A stretch of DNA of 64,000 bases from the human T2T-CHM13v2.0 reference genome, Homo sapiens, in NCBI RefSeq assembly GCF_009914755.1, contig NC_060931.1; one strand, written 5' to 3'. The first letter of the stretch is position 1. The number at the start of each line of letters is the position of its first letter. The notes under the pieces were generated by a model. It ran no database searches. It saw only the letters and a program-made list of their open reading frames with translations, and was not told the DNA's origin. Positions 14,840 through 31,191 of this stretch are shown here, piece after piece. The translations under genes and the position numbers were made by a program.

Positions 14840-15041
14840 CTTGCAAAGCCTTGAAGCCTTGGAGCGGGACTCGCGTGGACCCAGTCACAAACTGCAGGAG
14901 CCTGGCCCTCCTTTCTTCATCGAACGTCTCCACCGCTTGCCAGAACCACCGCACGATGTTGCTGTCGGCCACACAGTGCTTCAGCCGCGTGTTCGACTTC
15001 CAGTCGTTCAAGTCTATTTTATCCAGGCCGCCTATGATCAG
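14840..15041 (-). CDS. SMURF1: SMURF1 exon 17 (202 nt, HECT: LIIGGLDKIDLNDWK...LLQFVTGSTRVPLQGFKALQ)
   Basis: cag|CTGATC...CAAG|gtgact. Confidence 0.97.
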
Positions 15042-15518
15042 CTGAGGAGGTGCAGAAAGGTGAATTACTTCCAAAATGCATAAACCCACGTCAGGATGCG
15101 CCTCCTAGGTACCCGACACACAACAGTGAAAAGTCGATTCCCAAGCAAAGCAGCAGCTGTGTACTAGGCAGATGTTGAGACAGGAAGAAAGCTACAAACA
15201 GGAGGCCTGTGGCACATGCTTCCGTCCGCCTCCTCCAAACGGGTCTCCAACCCCAAGGACCGCGGTGCACAGCTGTTGATGGGATGTTATTTTATAACCA
15301 AAGCGGGGTTTTTGCTCTGCATCGGTGAGGAGTATCAAAGAACCAACCGGTGACACTGAACAGAGCTAACCATGAATAACGGCACGTCCCAGGGTCTCTC
15401 CAGGACACTCAAGGACATGTGGAGTTTCAAGTCTGAAGAGAGGAGAATTCAGCAAGAGTTAGGTGGGGCTGGGGCCGATAGGGCATGTTTCCGCAATTGG
15501 CTTAAAAAGTTCAACCCC

Positions 15519-15832
<314 letters not shown>

Positions 15833-16391
15833 TCACCCCAGAACTACTGCTCCATCCAAGCTCTTGGCTCCCAAGCTCTCCTCACTGGCAGCAGAAAGAC
15901 TTGGAGAACAATCTACACGGCTTGAGCTATTTGGCACCAGAGATGGATAAGGGCTGAATGAATCACCGTGTTCAAGTGCATGCAGTATGACTAGAGAAGA
16001 CAGTAGCCCCTTGTTCCTAGGCTAGGAAGAGCCAGAATAAAAAGCAGTAAGATGCTCTTGTGGGAGAACCTGGTTCTCCCAAGACAGGAGAGGGCTATGC
16101 AATCTCCCCTGCTAGAGATCTTGCAAACAAGGGAAGCCACAGCCACCTTGAACAGTTTCCCGGGAGTTAGTCAGATTTCCTACCGCCAAGCAGACATCTC
16201 GCCGGTTACTAACTGGCATGAACACCCTCTACTCCCCACTCTTGCTCCAGCCCTGGCTCTAGTCTGGGAACCCCAGCAGCTCCTAGGCTTACTAGAAAGC
16301 GGCACACACTGCCCCCTGCAGCAAGGATTTAAAACAGGCAGACGCCAGCCACAGGGACGCCCTGGGTCGACTCCGCACAGCAGGCACATAC

Positions 16392-16863
<472 letters not shown>

Positions 16864-17092
16864 TGTGAGCAGGTTCTGATATCACAGTCTGACAAACATG
16901 GGAACACACTGAGCCCCCCACTCCCCGGATCTCTCCAAGACAGACAAACACACCACCAGCTAGTAGTACCAAACCTTGGCATCACGTTAAAAATGACTCA
17001 GCACGTGCCCTGATTCATTCCGATTTGCTCGCGAAAACAGGAGGATTGAACCTGATCTGTCACATCAATTGCTGCAATGTGAAAGCATGTTC

Positions 17093-17218
17093 TGGCCAGG
17101 CATGGCGGCTCACGCCTGCAATGCCAGCCCCTTGGGAGGCGGAAGCAAGAGGATTGCTTGAGGCCAGGGGTTCGAGACCAGCCTGGCAACATAGCAAGAC
17201 CATGTAAAAATTTAAAAA
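17093..17218 (+). mobile_element. FLAM monomer
   Basis: single left arm. Confidence 0.75.
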
Positions 17219-17712
17219 TTGTTTAAATGTGTAAAAGTACATTTGAAAGTACAGCACAGGACAGCGTGGCACACAGACGTGCCCACATAGTTCTCAGCTG
17301 CAAGTGCCTAGGCCGCAAGTGCCTAGGCCTGAACACAGATCTGCCTCAAGTTAGGGGTGGAAAAAAACTGAGAGGGTGGCTTCCTCGGACTGAGCACGAG
17401 AGACCCTCCAAGCTGCTGCTCTCTCCTTTGCCCCCCACCTTTGCACCCAGAATTAGGTGGTCACTGAAAAGTCCTTCCCCACATGGGCTCTGTCCCTCAG
17501 GCCAGGCCTGGCCCCATCAGGGCCCCTCCAAGCAGATCCCTGACGCTGCTGCTGAGCTGTCGGTTTCTGAAAGTCGCCTCTGTTCATGTGATCTGATCAT
17601 AAGCACCAGCCATCAGGGACATGCAGGCCTCACACAGCGAAGGAGCTACAGCAACTAAATGCAGGCTCAGCCGCGCCCCAGGCACCTGGCCGTCCCCGAC
17701 AGGTGGCATTAC

Positions 17713-17850
17713 CGGACGTATTCTTTCTTATTCTCCTCTGTGACTGGCACATTTCTGCCATTGGGTTTCAGTTCATGCTGCAGGATCCGCCCGAAGGCGT
17801 TGTGTTCCACGCAGAAGGTGTGGTCCAGTACAGGCGTGATGTCGTTCTCT
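17713..17850 (-). CDS. SMURF1: SMURF1 exon 15 (138 nt, HECT: ENDITPVLDHTFCVEHNAFGRILQHELKPNGRNVPVTEENKKEYVR)
   Basis: cag|AGAGAAC...GTCCG|gtaatg. Confidence 0.97.
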
Positions 17851-18236
17851 CTGTTGAAATAAGACAGAAGGATGTAGGTTAGAACTCTGCCACCACGCGG
17901 GGCCATTGGGTAGACAGAAAACATTTACGACTGCCAAACCCGGGGCTGCAAGACAGGACAGCCTCGGGCAGACACAGAACCTGCGTGGGGGTGGCACAGC
18001 AACAGGTGCTGGAGGACCCTGAGACCACAGCTCTGTTTCCAGATGTCCCGGCTCCTGGCTTCCACAGTCATAGAAGGCGGGCAGCAGGTTGCTGTACCAT
18101 CCTGTGATTTCAGGGGACCCACAACCCAGCTGCTTTGTAAGCAGTGTGGGAGTCAAAAGGCAGGAACGTGAAGAGGTACCAGGGTCAAAGGGAAATTGAC
18201 CTGGAGATGAAGCCATGCCAAGAAAATACTGTGCCT

Positions 18237-18544
18237 GGCCAGGTACAGCGGCTTACACCTGTAATCCCAGCACTTTGGGATACCGAGGCGGGTGGATTAC
18301 GAGGTCAGGAGATTGAGACCAGCCTGGCCAACATGGTGAAACCCCATCTCTACTAAAAACACAAAAAATTAGCCAGGTGTGGTGGCAGGCGCCTGTAGTC
18401 CCAGCTACTCAGGAAGCTGAGGCAGGAGAATTGCTTGAACCTGGGAGGTGGAGGTTGCGTTGAGCCGATAATTGAGCCACTGCACTCGAGCCTGGGTGAC
18501 AGAGCAAGACTCTGTCTCAAAAAAAAAAAAAAAAAAAAAAAAAA
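18237..18544 (+). mobile_element. AluS
   Basis: TSD aaaatactgt. Confidence 0.9.
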
Positions 18545-18612
18545 TACTGTTCCTCCCTTAGAGGCAGCCTTCCCAAAGGCATCAGTTCAAACACAAAAGT
18601 ACTCGAAAGTGA

Positions 18613-18990
<378 letters not shown>

Positions 18991-19451
18991 TGAGTGGAAG
19001 ATTTTCTACCTGATCCCCAGAGTCCCCTGTTCAAGTTGGAACATGTGACACATGGGACACAACCAGGAGCCCCGACTCCGACTCACCCACATTCCCTCCA
19101 TCTGTCAGAGCCTGATGTTTTGTCCCCGTGAAATCTGCAAGGACCCGTGATAGTCACGGTTCATCTTGTCACTGCCTGCTGCTCTTAACAGAGTGTTTAG
19201 AATAATTCTAAAGCAGAGGTAACTAAATGTTAATTTTGTTTTGATACTTGCTTGGCCCCTGTGTAGGTTAACTGGAGATGCCCTGAGTGTCTCACACACA
19301 CCCCACAACGGGCCTGGGGAGTGGCCTGTTAACGTCTGTGATCGCGCCTTCTTCATTCAAGGAAACAAAAGAAACTAGTCCATGAAGAGAAACCTGCCCA
19401 ACATCATGAGGAAAATAAGTCAACTGAGTACTTTTTGCTAGATCTGGTGGG

Positions 19452-19551
19452 TTTTTTTGTATTTTTTTGCAGTAACGGGGTCTCACTGTGTTGCCCAGGC
19501 TGGTGTCGAACTCCTGGACTGAATTGATCTGCCCGCCTCCGCCTTCCAAAA
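19452..19551 (-). mobile_element. Alu/FLAM fragment
   Basis: partial left arm. Confidence 0.7.
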
Positions 19552-19606
19552 AATCCCCTTTTTTTGTTTCAGGTTATAATACAATGGCTTCACACACATC
19601 CCCAAA

Positions 19607-19647
19607 ATACACACACACGCGCGCGCGCGCGCACGCGCATACATACG
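19607..19647. repeat. (CA)n(CG)7 alternating purine-pyrimidine tract
   Basis: 41 nt of unbroken RY alternation. Confidence 0.9.
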
Positions 19648-19701
19648 ATAGACGTGGTGGTGGGCCCTAAGCCAGGTGACCGGCCGTCAGTCAATACTTA
19701 C

Positions 19702-19880
19702 AGGATCCACACCAAGCTCTTATGCAGCTCTGGGTCCACAGATTCCAGATCTGAGAGCTGGATGGGCTTCCCCAGCAGCTGCTTGTAGAAGGGCACTGTG
19801 AAGCCCCCGTTGATGTAGTGTCCATGGAACACAGCCAGCCCCATGATCCGCCCCACAAAGTGGAAATAAGACAAGTGGTC
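19702..19880 (-). CDS. SMURF1: SMURF1 exon 14 (179 nt, HECT: [20 protein letters not shown]...[11 protein letters not shown])
   Basis: cag|GACCAC...ATCCT|gtaagt. Confidence 0.97.
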
Positions 19881-20430
19881 CTGTAGGGGGCACCAGAGAA
19901 CACGAATTTGTCAGCATGGTGCCGGCCAATGTGGGAATCTCGTGCTGTCCCCAAGCTTCTTGGGAAAAGTGTCCCAGAGGCAACCAGACCTACTGACTCA
20001 GGGACTCACAGGCCCCGCTCCTGAACAAGTGAAAGAAGGCTGCTTGTGTAGCAGAAATTTGCCTAGATTCGCTGGACAGCGTTTTGTATGCTCTCAGGGC
20101 CAACACCTCCTCAGAAGGGCCATATAACTGGCAGAGGAGCCCCGTGTTCAGCAATGACTGAGAATTTCACCTTCGTGACAACAGAGAATCGAACCAAGCC
20201 CAGGGCCTTGACACTGCAGGGCCTCGGCACCATGCTGGACGCGCACCCAGGAAGCCAGCCCTGTGCTTCCTCCCACTGCACAGGAAAGAAAAGGGCAAGT
20301 TCCCTTCCTCCTCCACCACCACTCCCTCGATCCAGAACGAAAGGAAGAGAGGGAAAGAGAGGGAGGGAGGGAAGAAATGCTAAGGGGGAGAAAAAGACCA
20401 CAGGAAAATATGTATGAGTAAGCCAAATCA

Positions 20431-20769
<339 letters not shown>

Positions 20770-21441
20770 TTAACTCAGGAACCACACGTCTCTACTTTCA
20801 GGTTTGAATTATGTTCACCTCAAAAAATGAATCAAAACTCTGCTTCCATGTTGGTAAAAGGTTCTTCCACATTTGAATGCACAAGCGGAGCCTGTCCCGA
20901 CTTCGCCTCAGTGGCCTGTGCAGGACGCTGGTGAAGGCCGTGGTGCCACAGGAGGAGTCCCCTGCTGGCCGGCTGCCCACCCTTGAGCTGGGCGTGCAAA
21001 CACTGCACTGACTTCTTCATCTCTAAAACCAGCACGCTAAGGGTGGCAGCATTTGTGGCTTAAAAAGCTAGTTCTGGAAAGATTCCAGTTTTGACCGGGA
21101 GGAGGCTGGACTTCGGAACCTACTCCTTAGAATGACACCATTAACACATACGATCATCACACCAGAGTTCCCTCAAATGATCACAAAGTGTGAGTGTATG
21201 AACAGCTCAGTTTCACCCTTCATCTCCTTCAACACAGCACACCCAGTGATCACGATCTCTGAAAATACAGGATTGGAATCATCCATCTTAATTCAGTTTT
21301 CACTTTACCTCTCCATGTTTTGCTTACCACTGTCTTTGATTAAGTCTACAACAAATAGACCAAGGACTGAGAATGAAACTGAAAATCCATCTCAAAACTT
21401 CTCCAACTCAATTCCCTACCTCTTTGTTCATTCATACTTAC

Positions 21442-21556
21442 GGGGTTGATTGAAGAATCCGGATTTATTTGCAACATGTAAATATTGTCCGTAGAATACT
21501 GGAAGAGCCCGTAATAAGGATTCAGCATTTCATGGCACAGCAAGTAAAGCCACTCC
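21442..21556 (-). CDS. SMURF1: SMURF1 exon 13 (115 nt, HECT: EWLYLLCHEMLNPYYGLFQYSTDNIYMLQINPDSSINP)
   Basis: cag|GGAGTGG...AACCCC|gtaagt. Confidence 0.97.
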
Positions 21557-21595
21557 CTGGGAGCAAACAACAAAAATGCATTTGAGACGCGCTAA

Positions 21596-21923
<328 letters not shown>

Positions 21924-22974
21924 TAATGTTTGCATCATTTTATTATTTTAAAAACCCCAAAGTTAAAAACAGTCAAGCCAAAAAAAAGGCACTTTAAATA
22001 GAAATTGTATGGTTCAGTGGCTACACTCAGGTTGCATTAAGCCCAGCCCTTAGACAAACACCTGTGGCAGATCTACGAAGAGTCTTCTATTCATTCTGCT
22101 CAAAACTCCTTTTCAACGGATCGCATTAAGATAGCAGCTCCAAATTTTATTCTGGAATTTCTTACTTTTTCAAACAGAAATGAGAGCGAATAGGGAAGGA
22201 CAGACACAAATGCAGATAATCTGTCCAAGAAAATCGTGAGAATACACAAAAAATATCAAACAAAAACAGTTCTTCATTGTACTCAAAAGAACAGAAAGGA
22301 ACTGCCAGAAGAGATGAGACTCCGAATCCTATAAAGTCTCTTTTTACTACAAAGGCAACATTGCTGAATTTGAATTCATCCCAAGTTTTGGAGTTTCAAT
22401 TTAGGAAGAACCTTTTTTGAAAAAGACAAAGACCTCCAGTTGTCTAGACAGGAAGTGATTAAAATACAAGCAAACATTCCGACCGAGCCATGGACAGCGT
22501 AAAGATACAATCAGTTCTGTTCTGGAAGTGGTAAGGGAAGCAATAACTAAACAGGCCAAAAAGAGAGGCTACAGAAAGGACTTCAGGACTAAATACTGGG
22601 GAGATAAGTGTAGCCTAACTCCCACAGATCGGATAATGAACACACACCTGCACATGTGTAATACACATGCAACTGAAATCTCTCCACCGTTCTCTAAGTA
22701 TCATCCCATTAGGAGGAAGACTCCAGTGGTGAAATAACACTACAAGACCAAACTGGAGGTGGCAGAGCAGAGATTCCCAACTCTTTCCACTACAGCATCA
22801 TGTCAGTCAAGGGAAATTCACAACGACCCATCTCCACGCAGAAGACTGGATGACTACGGAAAACGCAGAAGGAATGTAACTCCTACCAGACCAAACCAGG
22901 GAGTCCGACAGCTGAGTAACAGGCATTTCAGAATGACCAAAGAAAGAAAATGTGCGAAGAAATTAACAAAAAGT

Positions 22975-23200
22975 AAAATTCATTCATTTGGCACATATTT
23001 ACAGAGACAAGTGTTCCGCTGTGTGTTAGGTGCTGTTCTAGGAACCGGGGATCAGCTGTGAACAAGACAAGTTCCTGACTGCATGTAGTTTGACTCTCTT
23101 GGAAGATGCAGATGAGAAAGAGAAACATCACACCACACAACCATGCGGTGGTCACAGCATGACAAGGGAGGACGCCAAGAAAGGGGAAGCTATGGGACGC
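22975..23200 (-). mobile_element. L2 3' end
   Basis: attcattcattt...tgtgttaggtgctgttctaggaaccggggat..gaacaagaca. Confidence 0.7.
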
Positions 23201-23397
23201 CCAGGACAATGGACCTCACCCAGGGAAGCAGTGAAGTCTCAGGACAACCACGGCACAGAGGAGCAAGAGAATCGCCATCAGGCTGCACAGAGGCCTTGCA
23301 GGAGACACGGGGGCTGTCAGAAGGTATGATGTGTAACCATCCTGGAGGACTTGAAGTTCAAGGGGCAGTAGAGACAGTGAAAGCTACTGGGGAGGGA

Positions 23398-23646
23398 AGC
23401 CAAGGCGGGAGGATCACCTGAGGTCAGTAGTTCAACACCCACCTGGCCACCATGGTGAAACCCCATCTCTACTAAAAATATAAAAATTAGCTGGACATGG
23501 TGACTCGCACCTGTAATCCCAGCTACTCAGGGGGCTGAGGCATGAGAATCACTTGAACCTGGGAGGTGGAGGTAGCAGTGAGCCGAGATCCAGCCAGTGG
23601 ACTCCAGCCTGGGCCATAGAGTGAGATGCTGTCTCCAGAAAAAAAA
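23398..23646 (+). mobile_element. AluS, 5' truncated
   Basis: starts mid left arm. Confidence 0.85.
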
Positions 23647-24140
23647 GGGAAGAAGAAATTCTTGGAAAAATTAGAATTTGTTCCAAAAAGTTAAATTCTA
23701 GAATACTATTTAAACCCTTAATGGACAATATTTTCATTCATAATAATGTAAACCGTATAAACTTTCATCCCTTTACAAATAATTGGTAGACAAGCATAGG
23801 AGACTGACCAAATTTTGGTTACAGAAGAGAATGTAAATCTTAACCTTGACAACATAAAAGTAATATTACAGATGACAGAATTTAAGAGGCAGAAGGAATG
23901 CTGAAGAGAAAGTTGTAAGTATGAATATCCTGTTCTTATGCAAATGAGAGGTCCAGAGATCATGTCTCTAGTTGATACATCAAAAAAATAAAGGTGAAAG
24001 CACAGGACATAAAGTTACAAATGATGGAAGAACTAAAAAGATCCATATTACTAAATTGAACATGAGAGTAACTAGAGTCAGTCTATCTTATGTATATGCC
24101 CATAAATCATTAAATCCAGAAATAACAAGATACCTATTCA

Positions 24141-24536
<396 letters not shown>

Positions 24537-25020
24537 CTATTCTGTTTTTTAATATCATTTTCTTGAATTATTTTGACCAAAATTTTAACATTTTACAAAA
24601 TTCCTTTGACACAAATGCAATTTACATGCACAAATGCAATCCCTGCCCTGCTCCCTGCAGCAAATCCTCTACAGAGGAGAGCAAGGCTGCCTCCTGTGTT
24701 AAATTTCAGGAGCATGCTCCTCATGTTTCAAAAGAAGGGAGTGAATTTAAAAGTTTAATTCTAGCTTTACAAGAAGTCAATTAGTGGTGACAATCACGGA
24801 TATTCTGGTAGGTTATGGCAAGAGGCTGGCACGAGCATGCTCGGAGGAATTCCTATTCTCCGCAGGGTGGCTGAAGCCAGTGCATGATGGCCCGACTGCT
24901 CCAAGGAGACATCAGCCCTGCCCAGGAGTGCTTGGTGATGAGCACTGGAGAAGGGCAAATGACTTCTCTTGAAAAGACTGAGATCCACACAGCAGAGAAG
25001 GTGAATGAACAAGCAGCTCA

Positions 25021-25146
<126 letters not shown>

Positions 25147-25770
25147 TCAGAGAGAAGAACATTCTTATTCTTAAAGTTATGAAAGGTCATTGATAATGGA
25201 GCCCGGTTAAGAACACGCATCCATTCCAATTCAAGTTTTATCTGGCTCCTCATCAGAATGTTTCTTCGGCATCTAGTATATTCCATCATCTTTTTTCTCA
25301 GTTTCTCCCTCTGAGACAACAACAAAACAAACACGATGCCAGGAAACACTAACCTTCAGGGAAACACGTGTCTGTTTTCAGTGAATCACCAAGGACTTAA
25401 GGACAAAACTCACTAGGGTTGATTCTTCTCTGTATAAATTAATTTCAATGCACACTATAAACAACTTGTGCATCGCAACCAAAATCAAGACATTAGAAAG
25501 TCTGAATGCTAAGAGAGTTCTGAGCCTCTCTTTATATCTAAAGTGAAAAATCACATTTGATTTCCCACTGAGTCAAAAGGCAAAAAGATTTTAAGTAAGA
25601 CATAAGGTGGCTTAAGCACAGCACAGAACACATGTGATCAGCCTGCTATTCCCTCACACTCAGCACTTGAAGCAGAAGCCGCTACGTGTTTATAGATGTA
25701 GATTCAGTAACGAGGCACTTAAGAAATTTTTCATGCTTTAAATTTAACGCAATTCAAACTCCAGCAACCC

Positions 25771-26139
<369 letters not shown>

Positions 26140-27009
26140 TCAGTACTTCAGCGCTTTTCTAGCCCTGCAACAAGGGCATACATGCAGCAGGCAGGGCTGG
26201 GCGCTGTGGCCAAGCTGCCCATCCAACACTCAGGCCCAGCCCTCGCGGTGGGGAAGGCGCTCAGCTCCCTCGGCCCCCCAGTGCTCCCTTAGTGCTGTCA
26301 CCCAGGGAGAATCTGTGCTCAGTCTCCTTTGATCATTTCTGACAGTGTCTCCACAAAGGAGGGCAGGAAATGGCCCAAATGCCATGGAGATTTTCCTGTA
26401 TGGTCAGCTTTCTTGGGAAAAGGGCCTGGTCTGTTTAGGGACCTGCTCCTGCAGGAAGCTGTGTAAGGGACAGAGCCTGTCCCAAGAGCCACCTGCTCCT
26501 CGCCAATTTCCACAGGAGAAGCAGGATGGCCCCCAGCCCCTGAGCTGCCCTGAGAAGGAGAGCCCTCAGATGACATCTCATACAAGAAGAGAGGAGGGAG
26601 ACTACCTGGCTCTGGGGAAAGCGCAGATTGCAGATTGCAGGAATATTTAACCCACATCATGTAGACAAGGCGGTTCCCACTATTTTTTAGTGCTAGTTTC
26701 TGTATACACCTCTAGGTTTTCACCTAGAGGTGAAACTATTTAGTTTTTCCATTTTTACCATAAGAGGAAATGAATACCATTCCCTCCCTCTAGACAGGCT
26801 GTGGTCCTGACAAACTCTGCACTTCCCTTAGTAATAAAATCAATACCTCAAATACCAAACAGAAAGAAGGGTTCCCTGAAACGCAGACATCACCCACAAA
26901 GCAGTTCATTTAAAGCAGCCCTTGAAAACAATCGCATTTGAGATTCCTTTGTCTGAATTGCCTTATTTGTTTCTGAACAGGGTCTGGGCAGTGGCCCTGA
27001 ACTCTCTAC

Positions 27010-27208
27010 CTCAAAGATTTCTTCTCTGGACACTTCGATGCGGCAATGACCAGCTTGGGGCTGCTGAAGCGACAGTTCGTGTCTGAGGACTTTCAGCTTC
27101 TGGACTAGATCTCTTTCGTATCTCTGGGCAGGAAGCTCCTCGTCCTCCAGAGAGCCCTCACTGGGCAGTGGCAGCGGCTGGCTGGGCTCCTTGAGTTGGC
27201 ACTGGTGA
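27010..27208 (-). CDS. SMURF1: SMURF1 exon 11 (199 nt: HQCQLKEP...IEVSREEIFE)
   Basis: aag|TCACCAG...TTTGAG|gtagag. Confidence 0.96.
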
Positions 27209-27301
27209 CTTGAGAAGAAAAGATGCAGAAAGTCACTCCGAAGCCCCGGCCAGGGGAGCTGCAAGCAGCCACGTACGCGACAGGGTCAGAGGAGAGAGCT
27301 A

Positions 27302-27794
<493 letters not shown>

Positions 27795-28134
27795 TCATTT
27801 ATTATGCATCTATTACGCACCCATGAGATGAACCAAAGCATCATCAGATGCACCTTGGCAGTTAGAATGAAATGGAGATGATGGGAAAAAATTTTAAAGG
27901 AGGTAACAGTGGAGAACTCAAATGAAATCTCATGATAGGCACAACAGCAGACCGCTCGAGTGAAATCTAATGAAAACCATCCCTCATTTTTACCGCCAAG
28001 AGATTTCTACACCTGCTCATTGAGAGCAAAATTTCAGTAAAAGGAGTAGGATTAGTACGGTGACAAAGTGGCATTTGTCCTGTTCAAGTTTTGCCACTGA
28101 GACACAGAGCTGTCGGTTAAAAGAGCTATGTCGG

Positions 28135-28436
<302 letters not shown>

Positions 28437-28887
28437 CTATGTGGAATGTTTGGCTCTGAGAACACGACAGGCCTGGAACACTAAATATGGGATCCAAGAT
28501 AATTCCCAGTTCCAAGGTATCCAGTTCCCCACCGTGCAGGCACTAGGGGGATAGCACGTATCTCTACTTCTCAACCTAAGGGCCACGTGTCTCATGAGAG
28601 CGCTGCGTGCGGAAACTTCCTTCGTGCAGCCGCCTAATACTGCCATCTCGGTAAATTTTATGTAGGCTGCAAGTAAGAAAAGGGTAGCAACAACATAGGG
28701 CTTCAGTGCTCTTCACAGCTAATTTAAGAGTTTAAAATATGCAATTATCCGCCAGATATTTAACATCATTTTGACCATGCTTATTATCCAACCAGCAAGA
28801 CAGTCAATAAATTCACAAAAATACCAGTCCAAGAAAGCATTTGATTACCAATGAAAGAGGTCAGCAAAAAATATTTTTAAAGTCTTA

Positions 28888-29097
<210 letters not shown>

Positions 29098-29192
29098 TCA
29101 GCAACAGAAGCCACAGAGGTTCCTTATCAAGGTGTCTGTGTCCCAGCTCTGCTAAGATGGACCTTCGTGGTGCTACTTACGCCAAACCTCTA

Positions 29193-29561
<369 letters not shown>

Positions 29562-30239
29562 TTATAACCATGATAAGGAACAGGGGCTCCCCACGGCATA
29601 TCATTTCTTATATGAAAGAAGGCCCTAATAGTAGGAAGTATCTTAGTGCTGTCAGAAAACTATCTGAATTCACAAGTGTCATTAAATGTTCCCGGCCAGA
29701 AGGGTTTCTTCATTGGAAAGTTCCCAGACAGCACCAAGCTTTTCAGGGCTAAGGGAGGTACAGGAACATGCATTCAGAAACTCGCAATTCTAAACAGTTG
29801 CAGCAGGACGAGGCATTCTCATTTTCAAATGGGCTTTTTGCTCAACAAGTATTTTCCACTCTAAGAATGATTAATTATTCTCCTGATTAATAATTTCAAC
29901 ACAATCTACAGTCAGAAGGGAGCACAGCTTTACTGACCAAGATGTGTTTCTAATTAACACAAAAGCCTGTCATTTCTAACAGGGGGTACAAAAGAGACAC
30001 CTCATTCATTTGCAGGTAATATATTTCCAGTCTCATTATAGGTACTGAGTCATACATTAAACATAGTGTTGGAAAATCAGACAGGAAGTTTATTCTCAGA
30101 TGAAACAAATCATGAATAAAAAGGAACTAAATATTACCAAAAATCATATTAGGTAGTAATGCTATTCTAAAAGGAAATAAAAAGCAAAAGAAAAAAAGAA
30201 ACTTAACTCTGTTATGGGGTGGGGGGGGGTCTCTCTAAC

Positions 30240-30317
30240 CTGGGCTCAGATGTATGGCCTTGTAGAAGGAATTCGTATAGAAAAGCTGCATCTCCCCCAG
30301 GAATGGTCCCCGAGGGA
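30240..30317 (-). CDS. SMURF1: SMURF1 exon 9, 78-nt in-frame cassette exon (SPSGTIPGGDAAFLYEFLLQGHTSEP; long vs short isoform)
   Basis: pyrimidine tract + cag|TCCCTCGG...CCCAG|gttaga; symmetric phase 2; matches the 26-aa insert that distinguishes the 757- and 731-aa isoforms. Confidence 0.92.
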
Positions 30318-30384
30318 CTGAGGCAATGGGGACAGTAAAGTAGAAGAGAGAAAGGGTAACAGAGTCTTTATATTTCCTTGACTT

Positions 30385-30590
30385 ATGATGGAAAATTTTA
30401 AGCATATAAAAAAGTTAGTGATCATAAGGAATTGCTGTGTAACCAACTTCAACAATGATCATGGTCAACCTTGTTTCAAAGGTCAACAATGACTCACGTT
30501 TCAAATGTACCCCTGTCTACTCCCCCCACCCCAGCTTATCTGAAGGAAATCCCAGACATCAATATCATCTCATTCATCACTATTTTTAGT
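30385..30590 (-). mobile_element. L1ME-type 3' end fragment
   Basis: atggaaaattttaagcatata...aaatcccagacatcaatatcat resembles the L1ME4 3' end. Confidence 0.55.
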
Positions 30591-30681
30591 TTAAAACAAG
30601 AGCAACACATCTGGAAGGTATTGGCTTTTCAAGTCAACTGCTGGAAAGACAGCTGGGGGGTGTCCATTTCAGGAGGCTTAC

Positions 30682-30766
30682 CTTGGTATCCTGGGGTCGT
30701 GCCACGTGCTAACTCCAGTCTGTGTATGCAAAAAGTAAACTTGGCCCTGGACTGTTGTTCTTTGTT
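30682..30766 (-). CDS. SMURF1: SMURF1 exon 8 (85 nt, WW1: EQRTTVQGQVYFLHTQTGVSTWHDPRIP)
   Basis: tag|AACAAAG...CCAAG|gtaagc. Confidence 0.97.
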
Positions 30767-31191
30767 CTACACAAGAAATTAGAGATCCAAATGAGACAAG
30801 TTCAATTCCAGGGAGAGTTTGTAACCAACCCTCGATGCCCTCACGTCTGGTATTATCTAAATCTAGATAACACTCCCCTCTTATCCCAGTTCTTCTCTCT
30901 GAGGTGGCCGAATAATCCCCTCTTCTCCATCTCGCCCCATGCTCTCCTTTCCAGAGCACTACAGACACCCTCATCTAGCCTACATGTTACCTTGGTTTGC
31001 TTTGGTGTTCGTTTGCCTAAGATTTTCACTTGATTTCTAAACTGGGAGATTTGGAGCAATTGCTGAAAATTCATGATTAGCTAGATTTAGGACCATTGTC
31101 TTCCAGTTGTCTTTACACTGCCACAATTATCAAATGGCATAGCCACGCAAACATCCGCACTTATGGCACAGGCTACTCAAAAAGGGTTAAA

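Noticed and set aside
20339-20377. 39-nt polypurine tract (H-DNA candidate)
   Set aside because: Imperfect mirror symmetry; common low-complexity sequence
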